Positions 8,937-18,276 of a stretch of 51,459 nt of DNA are shown here, piece by piece. The notes below the pieces were generated by a model, which made no database searches, had not been told where the DNA came from, and was given only the letters and a program-made list of their open reading frames with translations. Position 1 is the stretch's first letter, and each line of letters begins with the position of its first letter. Location of the stretch: IMG/VR virus record IMGVR_UViG_3300025585_000057, positions 1 through 51,459 of that record. One strand, 5' to 3'. Made by a program: the position numbers and the translations under genes. Source of the stretch: a virus. Taxonomy: Duplodnaviria; Caudoviricetes.

Positions 8937-9460
8937 TGTACCGTACCACTATGCGGTGAAAAGGACCCTCCGTTACGCAGATCTTCCTCCGTTAGGTTCA
9001 CCTCGATAGGATCCCCGAGCCACCGGTGAAAGTACTGCGGCAACTCAGGTGGCCTAGGACCCGGCTCCCACATAGCAGTACCAATCCCGTACCCGCCATT
9101 CATCTCAAAGATATAAAACTGCGTTACGAAGTGAAGTGGTAGGGTCCGCAGGTCCTCTACCTCTTCTTCAACCTGATCCTTATCTGCCTCCTGTTGTGCG
9201 ATGTACTGGCGTATCACTTCGAAGTTATCTTCGAGTACTTTATGAACTTCTTGTCTCCTCTTCAGATGTTGTTGCACCGCCTCTTTCAGCGTCGTAACGG
9301 CGTCCGAGTAGTTGAGAGTGAAAGACCGATGTGCCGTGCATGTAACGACGATCCCAGACTCCAGGTGCACAATTTCTACCCCCTCCCATTTTCCGAAATC
9401 ATTGAGAATGTTCGCGGAGTACGCATCTTTTTCTTTGGTATGGAATAAACTGATTAACAT
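8933..9460 (-). CDS. Protein with peptide chain release factor (RF-1 domain)-like segment lacking GGQ
   Basis: GVEIVHLESGIVVTCTAHRSFTLNYSDAVTTL parallels the AVRITHLPTGIVVxCQxERSQxxNxxxAxxxL segment of class I release factors. Confidence 0.55.
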   Translation of the reverse strand: MLISLFHTKEKDAYSANILNDFGKWEGVEIVHLESGIVVTCTAHRSFTLNYSDAVTTLKEAVQQHLKRRQEVHKVLEDNFEVIRQYIAQQEADKDQVEEEVEDLRTLPLHFVTQFYIFEMNGGYGIGTAMWEPGPRPPELPQYFHRWLGDPIEVNLTEEDLRNGGSFSPHSGTVQ

Positions 9461-9477
9461 TTTTCCTTCTCCTAAAA

Positions 9478-11544
9478 TTATTTACGATACCGAAGCATCG
9501 TTTCCCCTGCTGCTGCTAGCGGTAGGCCAACAGACCAGTTACGAGGTTCTGACATTATTTCAGAAAGCCCCTCGGCTGTCAACTCCCGTCTGGACTCACA
9601 AACTAATTCATCGTGAACCCTTATCAATACCTGGTATCCAGCCTCTTCTGCGTGCGGCATTGCGTGGAACAGAACATCCCGAGCACCGGCCTGACAGATA
9701 TTCTCAAACAACTTCCCCCCGTGGGTATCGATACGGGTCCACTTCCGTGTGAACTGATTGACGCCCATATAACTGATCTTCCCTTCCGTGTCGATCCTCG
9801 GCGACGGGTAGCACAGATACCGGCCCGATTGCAGGCGTATGCGCAGCCAAGCGCCCTTGCGGTCTACGATCAGCCCTCGCACGTTCACGGTCGTCTGACG
9901 TCCTATCGCAACGCGGCAGGCGTTCTCAAGTTCCGCCCATAGGCTAGTGATAGCCGGGTGTGCTTCGCGCCATAGGCGTTTCAATACGTCACACGTCAGA
10001 AAGGCTTTGTCCGACAGGCCGTACCGATTCATTTTTTTCTTCTCAGCAAACGCCAAGAATTTCTTGGCCTCGTTCACTGTAGCCACCGGTAGGGTGTCGT
10101 AGATGTTCGACGCCAGATCCTCGACGCTGAACCCATAGGTAGCGGCCCCTGTTACGAACGCACCGACACCGCCTTGGTACTGCAACATCAATTCCTGAAC
10201 CTTACCGATCTGCCGTTGGTCCTTGGTGACGGTATCGGGTTCGACCCGGAACGATCTCGCGTAGGCTAATATGTACAGATCAGGTCCTAGCCCCGCGTCG
10301 AAATCGCGGAACGCCTGGAGCTTCCACTCCTCCCCGGCGGTCCATGCGGCGTAACGGCCTTCGATGTTCGAAAGATCCGATACATTCAATACCTTCCCGG
10401 CAGTTGGTACCAGCACGCCTCGCACGCACGATACCGCGAGCAGCATTGGGTCTTCGAAGAAATAATCCCGAACCGGCAAGCGCTCTTTGATACACTCCGC
10501 CCCGAAGTCTATTTCAGAGGCGGACAACAGCCCGCGACTCGGTAGGTTCTGCGGTTGGAACGTTCTACCAGCGTCACGCCCGGTTCGTTGTGCACCGCAA
10601 AACTGTAGTGTACCCCGGCAGCGCCCGTCGTCGTTAACTGCACGTGCCAATGCCTTATACTTACTTGTTGATGTAGAGGTCGCAGCGAGTCTGATACGCA
10701 CCAGTTCACGCACCTCGGCGGGCATGTTCTCGTCGTCAAGGGCCCGCTTCAGGGTATCTTTCTGTAGATCCTTGAAATGCCATCCATGCGCCTCAAATAT
10801 GTACGCCAACAACAGATCGCGTTTCGTGGCGCTTGATACCTCGTTGTTTGTTTGTTCTTGAATTTGTTGTTTCAGCAGGCGCTGCTCATCGTTAACCATT
10901 TGTATCGCGCCCTCGATCAGCTCCTGATCGGTATTGAAACCGTGATCGTTTATGCGCTGATCCAGGAACCAGAAATTCAGTTCGTCCGTATTGTTCGGGT
11001 AGTTCCATTTCGGCATTTTATTATGAAGTGCTCGCGTCGCCTCCACGTCACGGATCGCATACTCGCAGAATCGTTTCCATTCCTCCGGATGCGTCTCATG
11101 CGTGGCACGGCGAATCTTCACGTTTACCGGGCGAGGTTTGCAAAATAGATGGATAAGCTTCGATCCGTCTTTCATCTTCGCTTCTTCGGGGTTCAGGTTG
11201 AAGATCGTCCCGAGGGTGCCCATACTACCTGGCAGGCCGTGTGCAAGAGCCTGCACCATCGTGTCACGCCATCGCTTTATGGGAGCCGTTAACCCAAGAG
11301 CGTACCGGAGTACGGTACGGTCGAACATTGTATTATGCCCCCAGATCTCAACATCCGCGCTATAGATGAAGGCGTCGAGGAATTCTTGGTGGGTTTCGTC
11401 GCCTTTTGTATAATCAACCAGTTTCACTGGGCCATCATCAATCGCGTATGTGAGTATCATCACCTCGCAATCCTCCGCGTATCGGTAAGTTCCGTGTGCT
11501 ATTGGTGTCTCTGAATATGTTTCTGTGTCAAACCATAGTTTCAT
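9478..11544 (-). CDS. DNA polymerase, family A (phage type) with 3'-5' exonuclease
   Basis: FDTETYS ExoI, HNTMFDR ExoII, YAIRDV ExoIII, RTGRDAG, DLSNIEGR motif A, RQIGKVQELMLQY motif B, VHDELV motif C. Confidence 0.96.
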   Translation of the reverse strand: MKLWFDTETYSETPIAHGTYRYAEDCEVMILTYAIDDGPVKLVDYTKGDETHQEFLDAFIYSADVEIWGHNTMFDRTVLRYALGLTAPIKRWRDTMVQALAHGLPGSMGTLGTIFNLNPEEAKMKDGSKLIHLFCKPRPVNVKIRRATHETHPEEWKRFCEYAIRDVEATRALHNKMPKWNYPNNTDELNFWFLDQRINDHGFNTDQELIEGAIQMVNDEQRLLKQQIQEQTNNEVSSATKRDLLLAYIFEAHGWHFKDLQKDTLKRALDDENMPAEVRELVRIRLAATSTSTSKYKALARAVNDDGRCRGTLQFCGAQRTGRDAGRTFQPQNLPSRGLLSASEIDFGAECIKERLPVRDYFFEDPMLLAVSCVRGVLVPTAGKVLNVSDLSNIEGRYAAWTAGEEWKLQAFRDFDAGLGPDLYILAYARSFRVEPDTVTKDQRQIGKVQELMLQYQGGVGAFVTGAATYGFSVEDLASNIYDTLPVATVNEAKKFLAFAEKKKMNRYGLSDKAFLTCDVLKRLWREAHPAITSLWAELENACRVAIGRQTTVNVRGLIVDRKGAWLRIRLQSGRYLCYPSPRIDTEGKISYMGVNQFTRKWTRIDTHGGKLFENICQAGARDVLFHAMPHAEEAGYQVLIRVHDELVCESRRELTAEGLSEIMSEPRNWSVGLPLAAAGETMLRYRK

Positions 11545-11557
11545 AAATGCCTCCGGT

Positions 11558-11590
11558 AAAAAAAAGGGGGAGGAGCCTAAGCCCCCCCCC
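11558..11590 (-). terminator. Intrinsic terminator between the SSB and polymerase genes
   Basis: Minus strand reads G9-C-TTAG-GCTCCTCCCCC followed by T8. Confidence 0.7.
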
Positions 11591-11596
11591 GTACCT

Positions 11597-11713
11597 CTCT
11601 ACCTTTCCCGTGTTTAGTCAGTAGATCGCCGGGTTTGCGTAAGCTGCAGCGTGATTTGTGGGGCCACTGCAGGTGAACGAGGTAGAGTATCCGCGTTCCT
11701 GGTACTCGGGAAC
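11597..11713 (-). ncRNA. Candidate structured RNA in the SSB-polymerase intergenic region
   Basis: Nested stems CTCTACCT/AGGTAGAG, CTGCAG/CTGCAG and CCCG/CGGG, plus GTTCC/GGAAC, in a 200-nt gap. Confidence 0.35.
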
Positions 11714-11744
11714 CCTGGAGATGCGACCGCCCCTGTCATATTAG

Positions 11745-12329
11745 TTATGCATCCTGGAAGAAGTCGTCTTCCTCATCGGTTCCTTCAGAGAGATCGTCGA
11801 AATCACCATCGGCTACTCTAGCCGGTGCGGTAGTAAACGCCTCGCCATCTTGTGCGAACTGGACCGCGATTAATGTCGCGCGAATTCCCTGGTATGTTTT
11901 AGTCTGTATCCACAGATCCACGGTTGCGTTAACGTAGCAGCCTGGGTATGGGCGTCCATCTTTGGACGTCAGACGTACCTCTGGGTTGCGGTCGACGACC
12001 ATAGGAGCCCCGGAAGCTTCTCCACGGTGGCATCCCAGAACCATGTGTCCCTCGAACGATTCGTCTGAGCTGTCGCGCATATCACCGTCGGTATAGCAGC
12101 ATTTCTGATTCGAGGCCGACCAGGCCTTGATAGCCGCCTCGGCTTTCTTGCCCATCTTCTCTACTGCGAGATCGCTGATAGCCTTGGATAGTTCCTTATC
12201 TAGTGCGCTACCTTTCGGGATTAAGAACGTGGCGCTGTATCGTGGGTTGGAGTTTTCTTCGCCGTTGAATTTAACGGCTTCGAATAAATCTTCGTATTTC
12301 AATCTTACGTTCTTCAGTTTAATTTTCAT
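11745..12329 (-). CDS. DUF2815 family ssDNA-binding protein (gp2.5-like)
   Basis: LKNVRL.Y..LF, YSATFLIPK, DGD, YPGCYVNA, AVQFAQDGEAF and an acidic C-tail; lies between DUF2800 and the polymerase. Confidence 0.9.
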   Translation of the reverse strand: MKIKLKNVRLKYEDLFEAVKFNGEENSNPRYSATFLIPKGSALDKELSKAISDLAVEKMGKKAEAAIKAWSASNQKCCYTDGDMRDSSDESFEGHMVLGCHRGEASGAPMVVDRNPEVRLTSKDGRPYPGCYVNATVDLWIQTKTYQGIRATLIAVQFAQDGEAFTTAPARVADGDFDDLSEGTDEEDDFFQDA

Positions 12330-12345
12330 TTCTAGGTCCTCTATC

Positions 12346-13578
12346 TCATTTCTCTAAATTGTCGAAATCGCTCGACGGACTTACCTCTACCGCCGTTCGT
12401 TTATCCGACTCTGGTACTACAGTCAACTTCGCTGCCTCGCGTGTGATGTACCCTTCAACCTCGGACATCGACACTTTCGGCATCTTCAGTTTATCAACAT
12501 CCGCCGGTGAGATCAACTGCTGTTTGTATATCTCACGAACGGACAACCCTGCTAACTGAAGCGCTGCTGCGGCGCGTGCTTCATCGTTCCACTTGCGGTT
12601 GCCCTGACGACCGTAGACAGCCTTGAACCCAGGCACCTTCTCACCGTCCAGTACCTTACTCGTCACCAACGCTTCAACTGCATCGAAATACCCTCGGGCA
12701 ACCGGTATCTTCGCGGCGATCTCACTCAGCCGCTTGTTATCCATCCGCCCTTCAGCAGCTACTGACGCCTCCTCCGTAACAGCTAGGGCGTACTTCTGTA
12801 ATGCGGGACATGTGGCTCTCGCGTTGCAGAAATTGTCGATGCAATGCCCCCCAGCTTCCAAATACAGATCCAGGTTCGCCACCTCGAAATCTTGTACCAG
12901 ACTCAAAGCTACCGCGGCTTTGATCTTCACTAACTCACCGAACTCTAGGAGCTCCTCTATCGTGAGGACCCATTCCGGATGGTGGTTGAGTCGTGGTTGG
13001 TGAATCACTAGGCGAACGGTTTTGATCTCGCCGAACATCTGATACACCTCCCAAGCCGCAAGAGCATACAGCATTAACTGTTTGTTCTTCTCGGCCTCGA
13101 CTACCACTCCACGCCCATATTTCAGGTCGTGTACCTGCAGCTCGTCACCGACCAGGATAACCACATCGGCGGTGCCGAAGGCGTCCTCCTCCCCCGTCCA
13201 GGTCGTGAGCGGTAGACGTTGCTCAGAATCTATTACCGCTGCACCACCCGCTGCGTACTCTTGTATCACGTTGAACGTCCGCGTGATGTTATCGACCATT
13301 TCCATGTCTACCGTGAAGGTACGACGGTTGCCGGTATCCTCTAACTTCTTATTGGTCCAAGAAGCCTCACCGTTGATAACCTCAATAAACTCTCGGGCAT
13401 TAACCACTGGCGGCTCGTTTTTGTTGATACATTCTGACAACAGGAAATGCGCCGCCGTACCCTCATCCGCATACGCAGATGAACTGCTCGCTACCTTCGG
13501 CTCCAACACCACGGAGCCGGGGCAGTTCATCCACTTCTCGGCTTTTGATGGCCCGAGTAGGGCGTGTTTATTACTCAT
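12346..13578 (-). CDS. DUF2800 family PD-(D/E)xK (Cas4-like) nuclease
   Basis: HALLGPS...W..CPGS, ADEGTAAH, FGTAD, DLKYGRG, QLMLYA, IHQPR, C...FC...C. Confidence 0.9.
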   Translation of the reverse strand: MSNKHALLGPSKAEKWMNCPGSVVLEPKVASSSSAYADEGTAAHFLLSECINKNEPPVVNAREFIEVINGEASWTNKKLEDTGNRRTFTVDMEMVDNITRTFNVIQEYAAGGAAVIDSEQRLPLTTWTGEEDAFGTADVVILVGDELQVHDLKYGRGVVVEAEKNKQLMLYALAAWEVYQMFGEIKTVRLVIHQPRLNHHPEWVLTIEELLEFGELVKIKAAVALSLVQDFEVANLDLYLEAGGHCIDNFCNARATCPALQKYALAVTEEASVAAEGRMDNKRLSEIAAKIPVARGYFDAVEALVTSKVLDGEKVPGFKAVYGRQGNRKWNDEARAAAALQLAGLSVREIYKQQLISPADVDKLKMPKVSMSEVEGYITREAAKLTVVPESDKRTAVEVSPSSDFDNLEK

Positions 13579-14138
13579 GCTAAACCCTCTTTCGTGAGTA
13601 CGACATGCACGGCATCGTAGAACGCCTCGTACTGCTCGCTCTTCAACGTGGTCTCGTCGAGCACTTTTACACCAGTGCCGCAGAACTTGCCAAGCAGATC
13701 CATCCCGAGTTCACGAGCCTTCAACGCCCCGTGTTGCTTGCTGCCTCTGATAGTGTTCAGGGCGTCATAGAAATACGAGCGAACCTCGGAGAACTTCAAC
13801 TTGCCCTTGGCCTGTTGTTTAACCGGTTCTGCAACTGGTTCTGCAACTGGTTCTGCAACTGGTTCTGCAACTGGTTCTGCAACTGGCGTGGGGACCGGGG
13901 CGGTATCGGCCTCCGCCGGTAAGGATACGCCCGCGGCTAACTCTGCGATCTTCTTCGCCGCTTTCTTCTTTGTGTCCCCTTTAACTGCCGGGGGGTCCAC
14001 TTGTGCCGTTAATACCTTTAAGGCCCCTGCGATCTCATAGAGGCTCGTGGAGATATCACTAAGATACTCCGCCACATTCAACCTCTCCTCTACTCTGTTT
14101 AGCGAGCTCACTAACTCATCCAATTTATCCTCAAGCAT
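13575..14138 (-). CDS. Hypothetical protein with PVAE repeat linker
   Basis: Coiled N-terminus, Pro/Ala linker and helical C-domain; typical position upstream of DUF2800. Confidence 0.7.
   Translation of the reverse strand: MLEDKLDELVSSLNRVEERLNVAEYLSDISTSLYEIAGALKVLTAQVDPPAVKGDTKKKAAKKIAELAAGVSLPAEADTAPVPTPVAEPVAEPVAEPVAEPVAEPVKQQAKGKLKFSEVRSYFYDALNTIRGSKQHGALKARELGMDLLGKFCGTGVKVLDETTLKSEQYEAFYDAVHVVLTKEGLA
13825..13884. repeat. Perfect 12-bp tandem repeat GGTTCTGCAACT x5 (encodes VAEP on the minus strand)
   Basis: Seen directly. Confidence 0.95.
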
Positions 14139-14457
14139 GTCCTTCTCCCTCGTAATTTGTTTCGTTCTTATTGAATATGCCTCTCAATTTCCGTGCTAGC
14201 GCTGATTCCAGTACCGTCGGGAACTGTACGCCTTCGAGCAACACCAGCAGTTCTTCTAGGTCCCTAGTCTCAAGTGCTTTTATGCGATCTTCCCGTTCTG
14301 CGTTCGCCCTGTTAACGGCGGCCTGATAGTTCTTGTCGAAAGGGTTGACCTTGCCCTCTCGGGCCTTTTCCGCCTCAGCCAATATCTTCTCAGCAGCGCC
14401 GGGTGCGTTATGTGCGGCCAACTCGTTTAATTCTCTGATTTTCTCTAATCCGTGCAT
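14131..14457 (-). CDS. Hypothetical protein
   Basis: 108 aa, AGGAG RBS, overlaps the next gene. Confidence 0.65.
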   Translation of the reverse strand: MHGLEKIRELNELAAHNAPGAAEKILAEAEKAREGKVNPFDKNYQAAVNRANAEREDRIKALETRDLEELLVLLEGVQFPTVLESALARKLRGIFNKNETNYEGEGHA

Positions 14458-14467
14458 TTTAATACTC

Positions 14468-14704
14468 CTATTCGTGTTTGGTTCTGGTGTCAGTTATATA
14501 CAATCGATGGTATGTACTACGTTTCGGGGAGTAATACCCCTTTCCTTCAGCAGCTAAGTGTATCACCTGCGCGAGTCTCTCGCGCAATTCATCCGCATTT
14601 AGATCGACCAGACGAATAGCTTCATACCCTGGTTGATGTAAAACCAGTTCATCTACCTCTGGTATTGGGTTTGATCTTGATATTTCGAATCCGAATATTC
14701 TCAT
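14468..14704 (-). CDS. Hypothetical protein
   Basis: ATG at 14704 preceded by GGAG; first gene of the leftward arm. Confidence 0.6.
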   Translation of the reverse strand: MRIFGFEISRSNPIPEVDELVLHQPGYEAIRLVDLNADELRERLAQVIHLAAEGKGYYSPKRSTYHRLYITDTRTKHE

Positions 14705-14746
14705 TTCTATCTCCAAAAATTTAGTTAATTGAAAACAACAAAACGG

Positions 14747-14775
14747 ATGATCCTCTCATTTCGGTTCGCTGTCAA
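14747..14775 (-). promoter_or_regulatory. Leftward sigma70-like promoter in the divergent control region
   Basis: TTGACA-17 nt-GATCAT on the minus strand. Confidence 0.5.
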
Positions 14776-14842
14776 ATGTTTTTTTTCTATATACAGCGAA
14801 TAGTTTTATGGTAGTCTATAAAAAAGACACAGAGGAGCAACA

Positions 14843-15136
14843 ATGATACCTGACTATTACGACGAGGATAATATGCCGGAGAAGTACCAGAAAATCAGCC
14901 AGTGGATGCGAGCGGCAACTAGACAAGAGCGCGATATTGTTTGTTCAATGACTGGTACGACGAAAAACTACATATACCAGTTAGCCGGGGGGCATCGAAC
15001 AAACCCGTCCCTACGTTTAGCAGTGTCTTTAGTGAAGGCCATGAACAAAGTTCGTGAGCAGCGTATGTTGCCGGGGGAGCCCGATGCCCGCTGCGCACTG
15101 CCACGTATACACTTGGAAGATTTTATCCGGGACTAA
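14843..15136 (+). CDS. Cro/XRE-like helix-turn-helix regulator
   Basis: GTTKNYIYQLAGGHRTNPSLRLA HTH; GAGGAG RBS; between the divergent promoters and the primase. Confidence 0.75.
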   Translation: MIPDYYDEDNMPEKYQKISQWMRAATRQERDIVCSMTGTTKNYIYQLAGGHRTNPSLRLAVSLVKAMNKVREQRMLPGEPDARCALPRIHLEDFIRD

Positions 15137-15139
15137 ACC

Positions 15140-17119
15140 ATGAATAAAATTAACTGGGGAGCTACCGCCGACGAGTGGATGCTCTTCGATTTCGTATTGG
15201 AGTTGACGAGTGACCTGTTACCGGTGGTTAGTAACCCGCACGCAGAGATATCGCCGAATAGCAAGATGCAGAGGCTCGGGAAAACCCCGAGCTTTTACAA
15301 CCGGAATCGGCAGGTTGTCGGTTTTCCGGATTGGACATCGCATCACGCTACCGCTCAGGATATCGAGCGGTGGTCCGCCGAACCCGACAACGGTATTTGC
15401 CTCAGAGCTCGGGATGCCCGTGCTGCGGATATCGATATAACCGATCAACCTACGGCGGATCGGGTAGTCGCCCGCATTGACGATATAGTAGGATTCAAAC
15501 TGCCGAGGCGGTTTCGCAGTAATTCATCGAAAACCCTATTGTCATTCAGGATCTCGGATTACGCTGGAGTGTTGTTAAAACGTGTCATTCGTTGTGAGCA
15601 CGGGATAATCGAATTCCTCGGGGATAGGCAGCAGTTCATCGTCGCGGGACATCACGAGTCGGGTGTCAGGTACGAATGGGCTGAACTCGGCAACGGCATC
15701 CCAGAGATTTCGTTGGAAACTTTCGAGCGCATGTTCGCCACGTTGCAGGCAGAGTTCGGTATCGAGAAACCTCGCATCGGTAAAGAGCGCAAAGCTCCGA
15801 TCCTGATTGACTCTGAGGAGCCCGTGCTGGCAGCGTTATCCGAGAAGGGCATGGTTCTATCGAGCGAGCCTGATGGACGGGTGCACATAGTCTGCCCGTT
15901 TGAGCACGAACACACTACCGAATCAGTGGAGTCGGCCACGACATACTGGCCCGCACACACTGGCGGGTACGCCAACCCGGCAATAAAATGCCTACACGCG
16001 CATTGTGAGGCTCGGACGTTCGACGAGTATTCTGAGGCGTTAGGTATCTCGCCAGCGGACGATTTCGAGGACATATCCGACACGCCCCTGCGGCACAAAG
16101 ATGTTCTCGACGTTTACAAAGCACCTGAGCCCGAGCGGTTCGCGATCGTTAATTCTGTCGCATATTCCGAGATTCCGACGAACGATAATCACTATTGTCA
16201 AGGGGTCCTACCTCGGGACTCAATAGGTGTCTTATGGGGGGCATCCGCTGCTGGCAAGAGCTTCGTCACGTTCGATCTGATGGCGTCTATCGCACGTGGC
16301 CTCGAATGGAACGGGTGTCCTACAAATAGGACCAGAGTATTATATGTGTGCGCCGAGGGGCAGATAGGTTTCCGTAATCGTATCCGTGCGTATCTGATAG
16401 CTCGGGGAATCGACGCCCTCGACATTGATGTCATGGCCGGGGGGCCGGATCTGCTCACGAAGGGCGACATCCGCGCCTTCCTCGAAATGATACAGTCTAC
16501 CGGCTACCGCTACGGAGTCATAGTTATCGACACCTATGCCAATTGCATGTCCGGGGACGAGAACTCCGGCAAAGACGTAGGCGTTGCCGTCATGAGTTGC
16601 AAGCTGATCAATCGGGTGCTCGGTTCTACCGTGTTGCTGATCCACCACAGCCCCAAAGCCGGGGGTGGCGCTCGTGGGCATTCTGCCTTGAAAGCCGCCT
16701 GTGACTTCGAGCTCGGGGTTGAACGTGATGGCGACCTGCGGATGATACGAGTCACGAAAATGAAAGACGGGTTTGATGAGTTGTCATTCGGGTTCCAGTT
16801 GAAGGAAGTCGAAATACGTCAGCGGGACAACGGCTCTCCGGTTACGAGTTGTGTCGTCGAATACGTCGATGCGGTAATACTGAAAACCGAGAACAAGCGC
16901 GGCAGTACGCCAAGCCTGGGCACGAACGAGACGGTAGTACACAGTCTGATCCAGGATCTATTCGAGACGGATCAGTTGTGGCCGGATCGTGATTATGTAG
17001 TACAGGAAGTGAAACGGGTCTATAACCTGAAGGTTTCGAACATAAAACGGGCTATAGATAATTTGGTAGATAAACAGAGGGTTATAGACAACGATGGGAT
17101 TCTTTCAATCAATTGTTGA
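15140..17119 (+). CDS. Primase-helicase (Prim-Pol domain, Zn finger, RepA/AAA_25-type helicase)
   Basis: ADIDI primase motif, CPFEHEH...CLHAHC, GASAAGKS Walker A, IVIDT Walker B, IHHSPK...ARGHSAL. Confidence 0.9.
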   Translation: MNKINWGATADEWMLFDFVLELTSDLLPVVSNPHAEISPNSKMQRLGKTPSFYNRNRQVVGFPDWTSHHATAQDIERWSAEPDNGICLRARDARAADIDITDQPTADRVVARIDDIVGFKLPRRFRSNSSKTLLSFRISDYAGVLLKRVIRCEHGIIEFLGDRQQFIVAGHHESGVRYEWAELGNGIPEISLETFERMFATLQAEFGIEKPRIGKERKAPILIDSEEPVLAALSEKGMVLSSEPDGRVHIVCPFEHEHTTESVESATTYWPAHTGGYANPAIKCLHAHCEARTFDEYSEALGISPADDFEDISDTPLRHKDVLDVYKAPEPERFAIVNSVAYSEIPTNDNHYCQGVLPRDSIGVLWGASAAGKSFVTFDLMASIARGLEWNGCPTNRTRVLYVCAEGQIGFRNRIRAYLIARGIDALDIDVMAGGPDLLTKGDIRAFLEMIQSTGYRYGVIVIDTYANCMSGDENSGKDVGVAVMSCKLINRVLGSTVLLIHHSPKAGGGARGHSALKAACDFELGVERDGDLRMIRVTKMKDGFDELSFGFQLKEVEIRQRDNGSPVTSCVVEYVDAVILKTENKRGSTPSLGTNETVVHSLIQDLFETDQLWPDRDYVVQEVKRVYNLKVSNIKRAIDNLVDKQRVIDNDGILSINC

Positions 17120-17145
17120 CAGAAAACCGTTCGCTATGGCACACT
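17116..17145 (+). promoter_or_regulatory. Possible sigma70-like promoter
   Basis: Perfect TTGACA overlapping the primase stop; weak -10 (CACACT, 18 nt spacer). Confidence 0.3.
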
Positions 17146-17164
17146 ACGCACTGAGAGGTTAAGA

Positions 17165-17473
17165 ATGGAAACAGCAAGGGAAATTTTGAAGGCGGTAATC
17201 GAGCACAAGTTGGCACACAAAGGCCAACCACCGATCGCGTTGGAGTTGAATCACCAACATGTGTTGGATGTGCTGTCTGATGAGCACTACTGCATGAATG
17301 TGGAACTCAACAGCGATGGCAAGATCGAGGCTATGTGGGAAATTCCTGTGATACGCAGATACGATTGTTCTGAGGCCGCGCTGCACGATATAAACGGGAC
17401 CCGTCACATCATCCAGCCGTTGGCAGCCCCTGACCTCTCAATACCGATAGACCATTTTAGTAAAGGAGAATGA
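17165..17473 (+). CDS. Hypothetical protein
   Basis: GAGG RBS, 102 aa. Confidence 0.65.
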   Translation: METAREILKAVIEHKLAHKGQPPIALELNHQHVLDVLSDEHYCMNVELNSDGKIEAMWEIPVIRRYDCSEAALHDINGTRHIIQPLAAPDLSIPIDHFSKGE

Positions 17474-17476
17474 AGA

Positions 17477-17932
17477 ATGAATCTTTTTGAACCACAAACA
17501 TATACAACCGAGGAGGCAATACGCTCCTCAACCATTTACAACGCGGAAGGCAGTACCAAATGCTTCCACGGGCAGGAGGTATACGGTTTCGTAGGACACT
17601 TCGCGTATGCCGTGGGGTATAACGACGACGGGACCCTATCCGCCGGACCCCGAATAGCCTGCCCCTATTTTGAAGCTGTGTGGTGTTCCCCGCATGTTGG
17701 GACCTTGGACACCGCATTTATACAACCTGGCGAGTTCGCAGCTCCTTATTTTATTCTGTATGACTATTGCACGAATGACGTCGTTGGACGTTTCCTTTTC
17801 GATGAGCAGTATGGCTGGTGCCTGTCAGTGCGTAACGAGTTCGTTGATAAATTCGACTCCATACCCACTACTCTGTGGCCCGACGCACCCGCGCCTAGCC
17901 CCTGGCGTATCCTCCGGGAGTTGTTCAAATGA
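17477..17932 (+). CDS. Hypothetical protein
   Basis: AAGGAG RBS, 151 aa, aromatic-rich. Confidence 0.6.
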   Translation: MNLFEPQTYTTEEAIRSSTIYNAEGSTKCFHGQEVYGFVGHFAYAVGYNDDGTLSAGPRIACPYFEAVWCSPHVGTLDTAFIQPGEFAAPYFILYDYCTNDVVGRFLFDEQYGWCLSVRNEFVDKFDSIPTTLWPDAPAPSPWRILRELFK

Positions 17933-18276
17933 AGCCCGAGGATTTGAGGGAGGGGGTAGTACCCCCGAATGGTGTTTTACTTCAACCACCGGTCAGCATG
18001 TTGATACGGGAAACACCCCCGATCGTCTCCGAGGATTGGGCGTTCTACCGTATCAAGGCGAATCGAGAGGGCACCGTGGTGTCCCTGAAACTCGTGGCCC
18101 TGGAGCCCGTAGTGTTCAAGGCAAACTATCGGTTATACTACAATATGCCTGAGCGTAGGTTTATCCTAAGCTCCGACTACCTCAAGTTGCTGAAACATGG
18201 TAGGGAGAAATTGGCTTCATGCATAGAGGCATGCTACTTCGAACAACTAATAGGAGAACAGAATGTTAGTAAGTAG
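17929..18276 (+). CDS. Hypothetical protein
   Basis: ATGA overlap with the upstream gene, 115 aa. Confidence 0.6.
   Translation: MKPEDLREGVVPPNGVLLQPPVSMLIRETPPIVSEDWAFYRIKANREGTVVSLKLVALEPVVFKANYRLYYNMPERRFILSSDYLKLLKHGREKLASCIEACYFEQLIGEQNVSK

Noticed and set aside
11597-11688. Type III hammerhead ribozyme (CUC...CUGA...GAAA closed by a stem)
   Set aside because: The core reads CUGACUA rather than CUGANGA, and neither stem I nor stem II can form at the required positions.
12346-13578. CRISPR-associated Cas4
   Set aside because: The context (DUF2815 SSB, family A polymerase) is the standard phage replication module; no other cas genes.
14705-15136. Lysogeny switch
   Set aside because: Only a Cro-like gene is present. 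No CI-type repressor, integrase or partition genes are recognisable, so a temperate lifestyle is unsupported.
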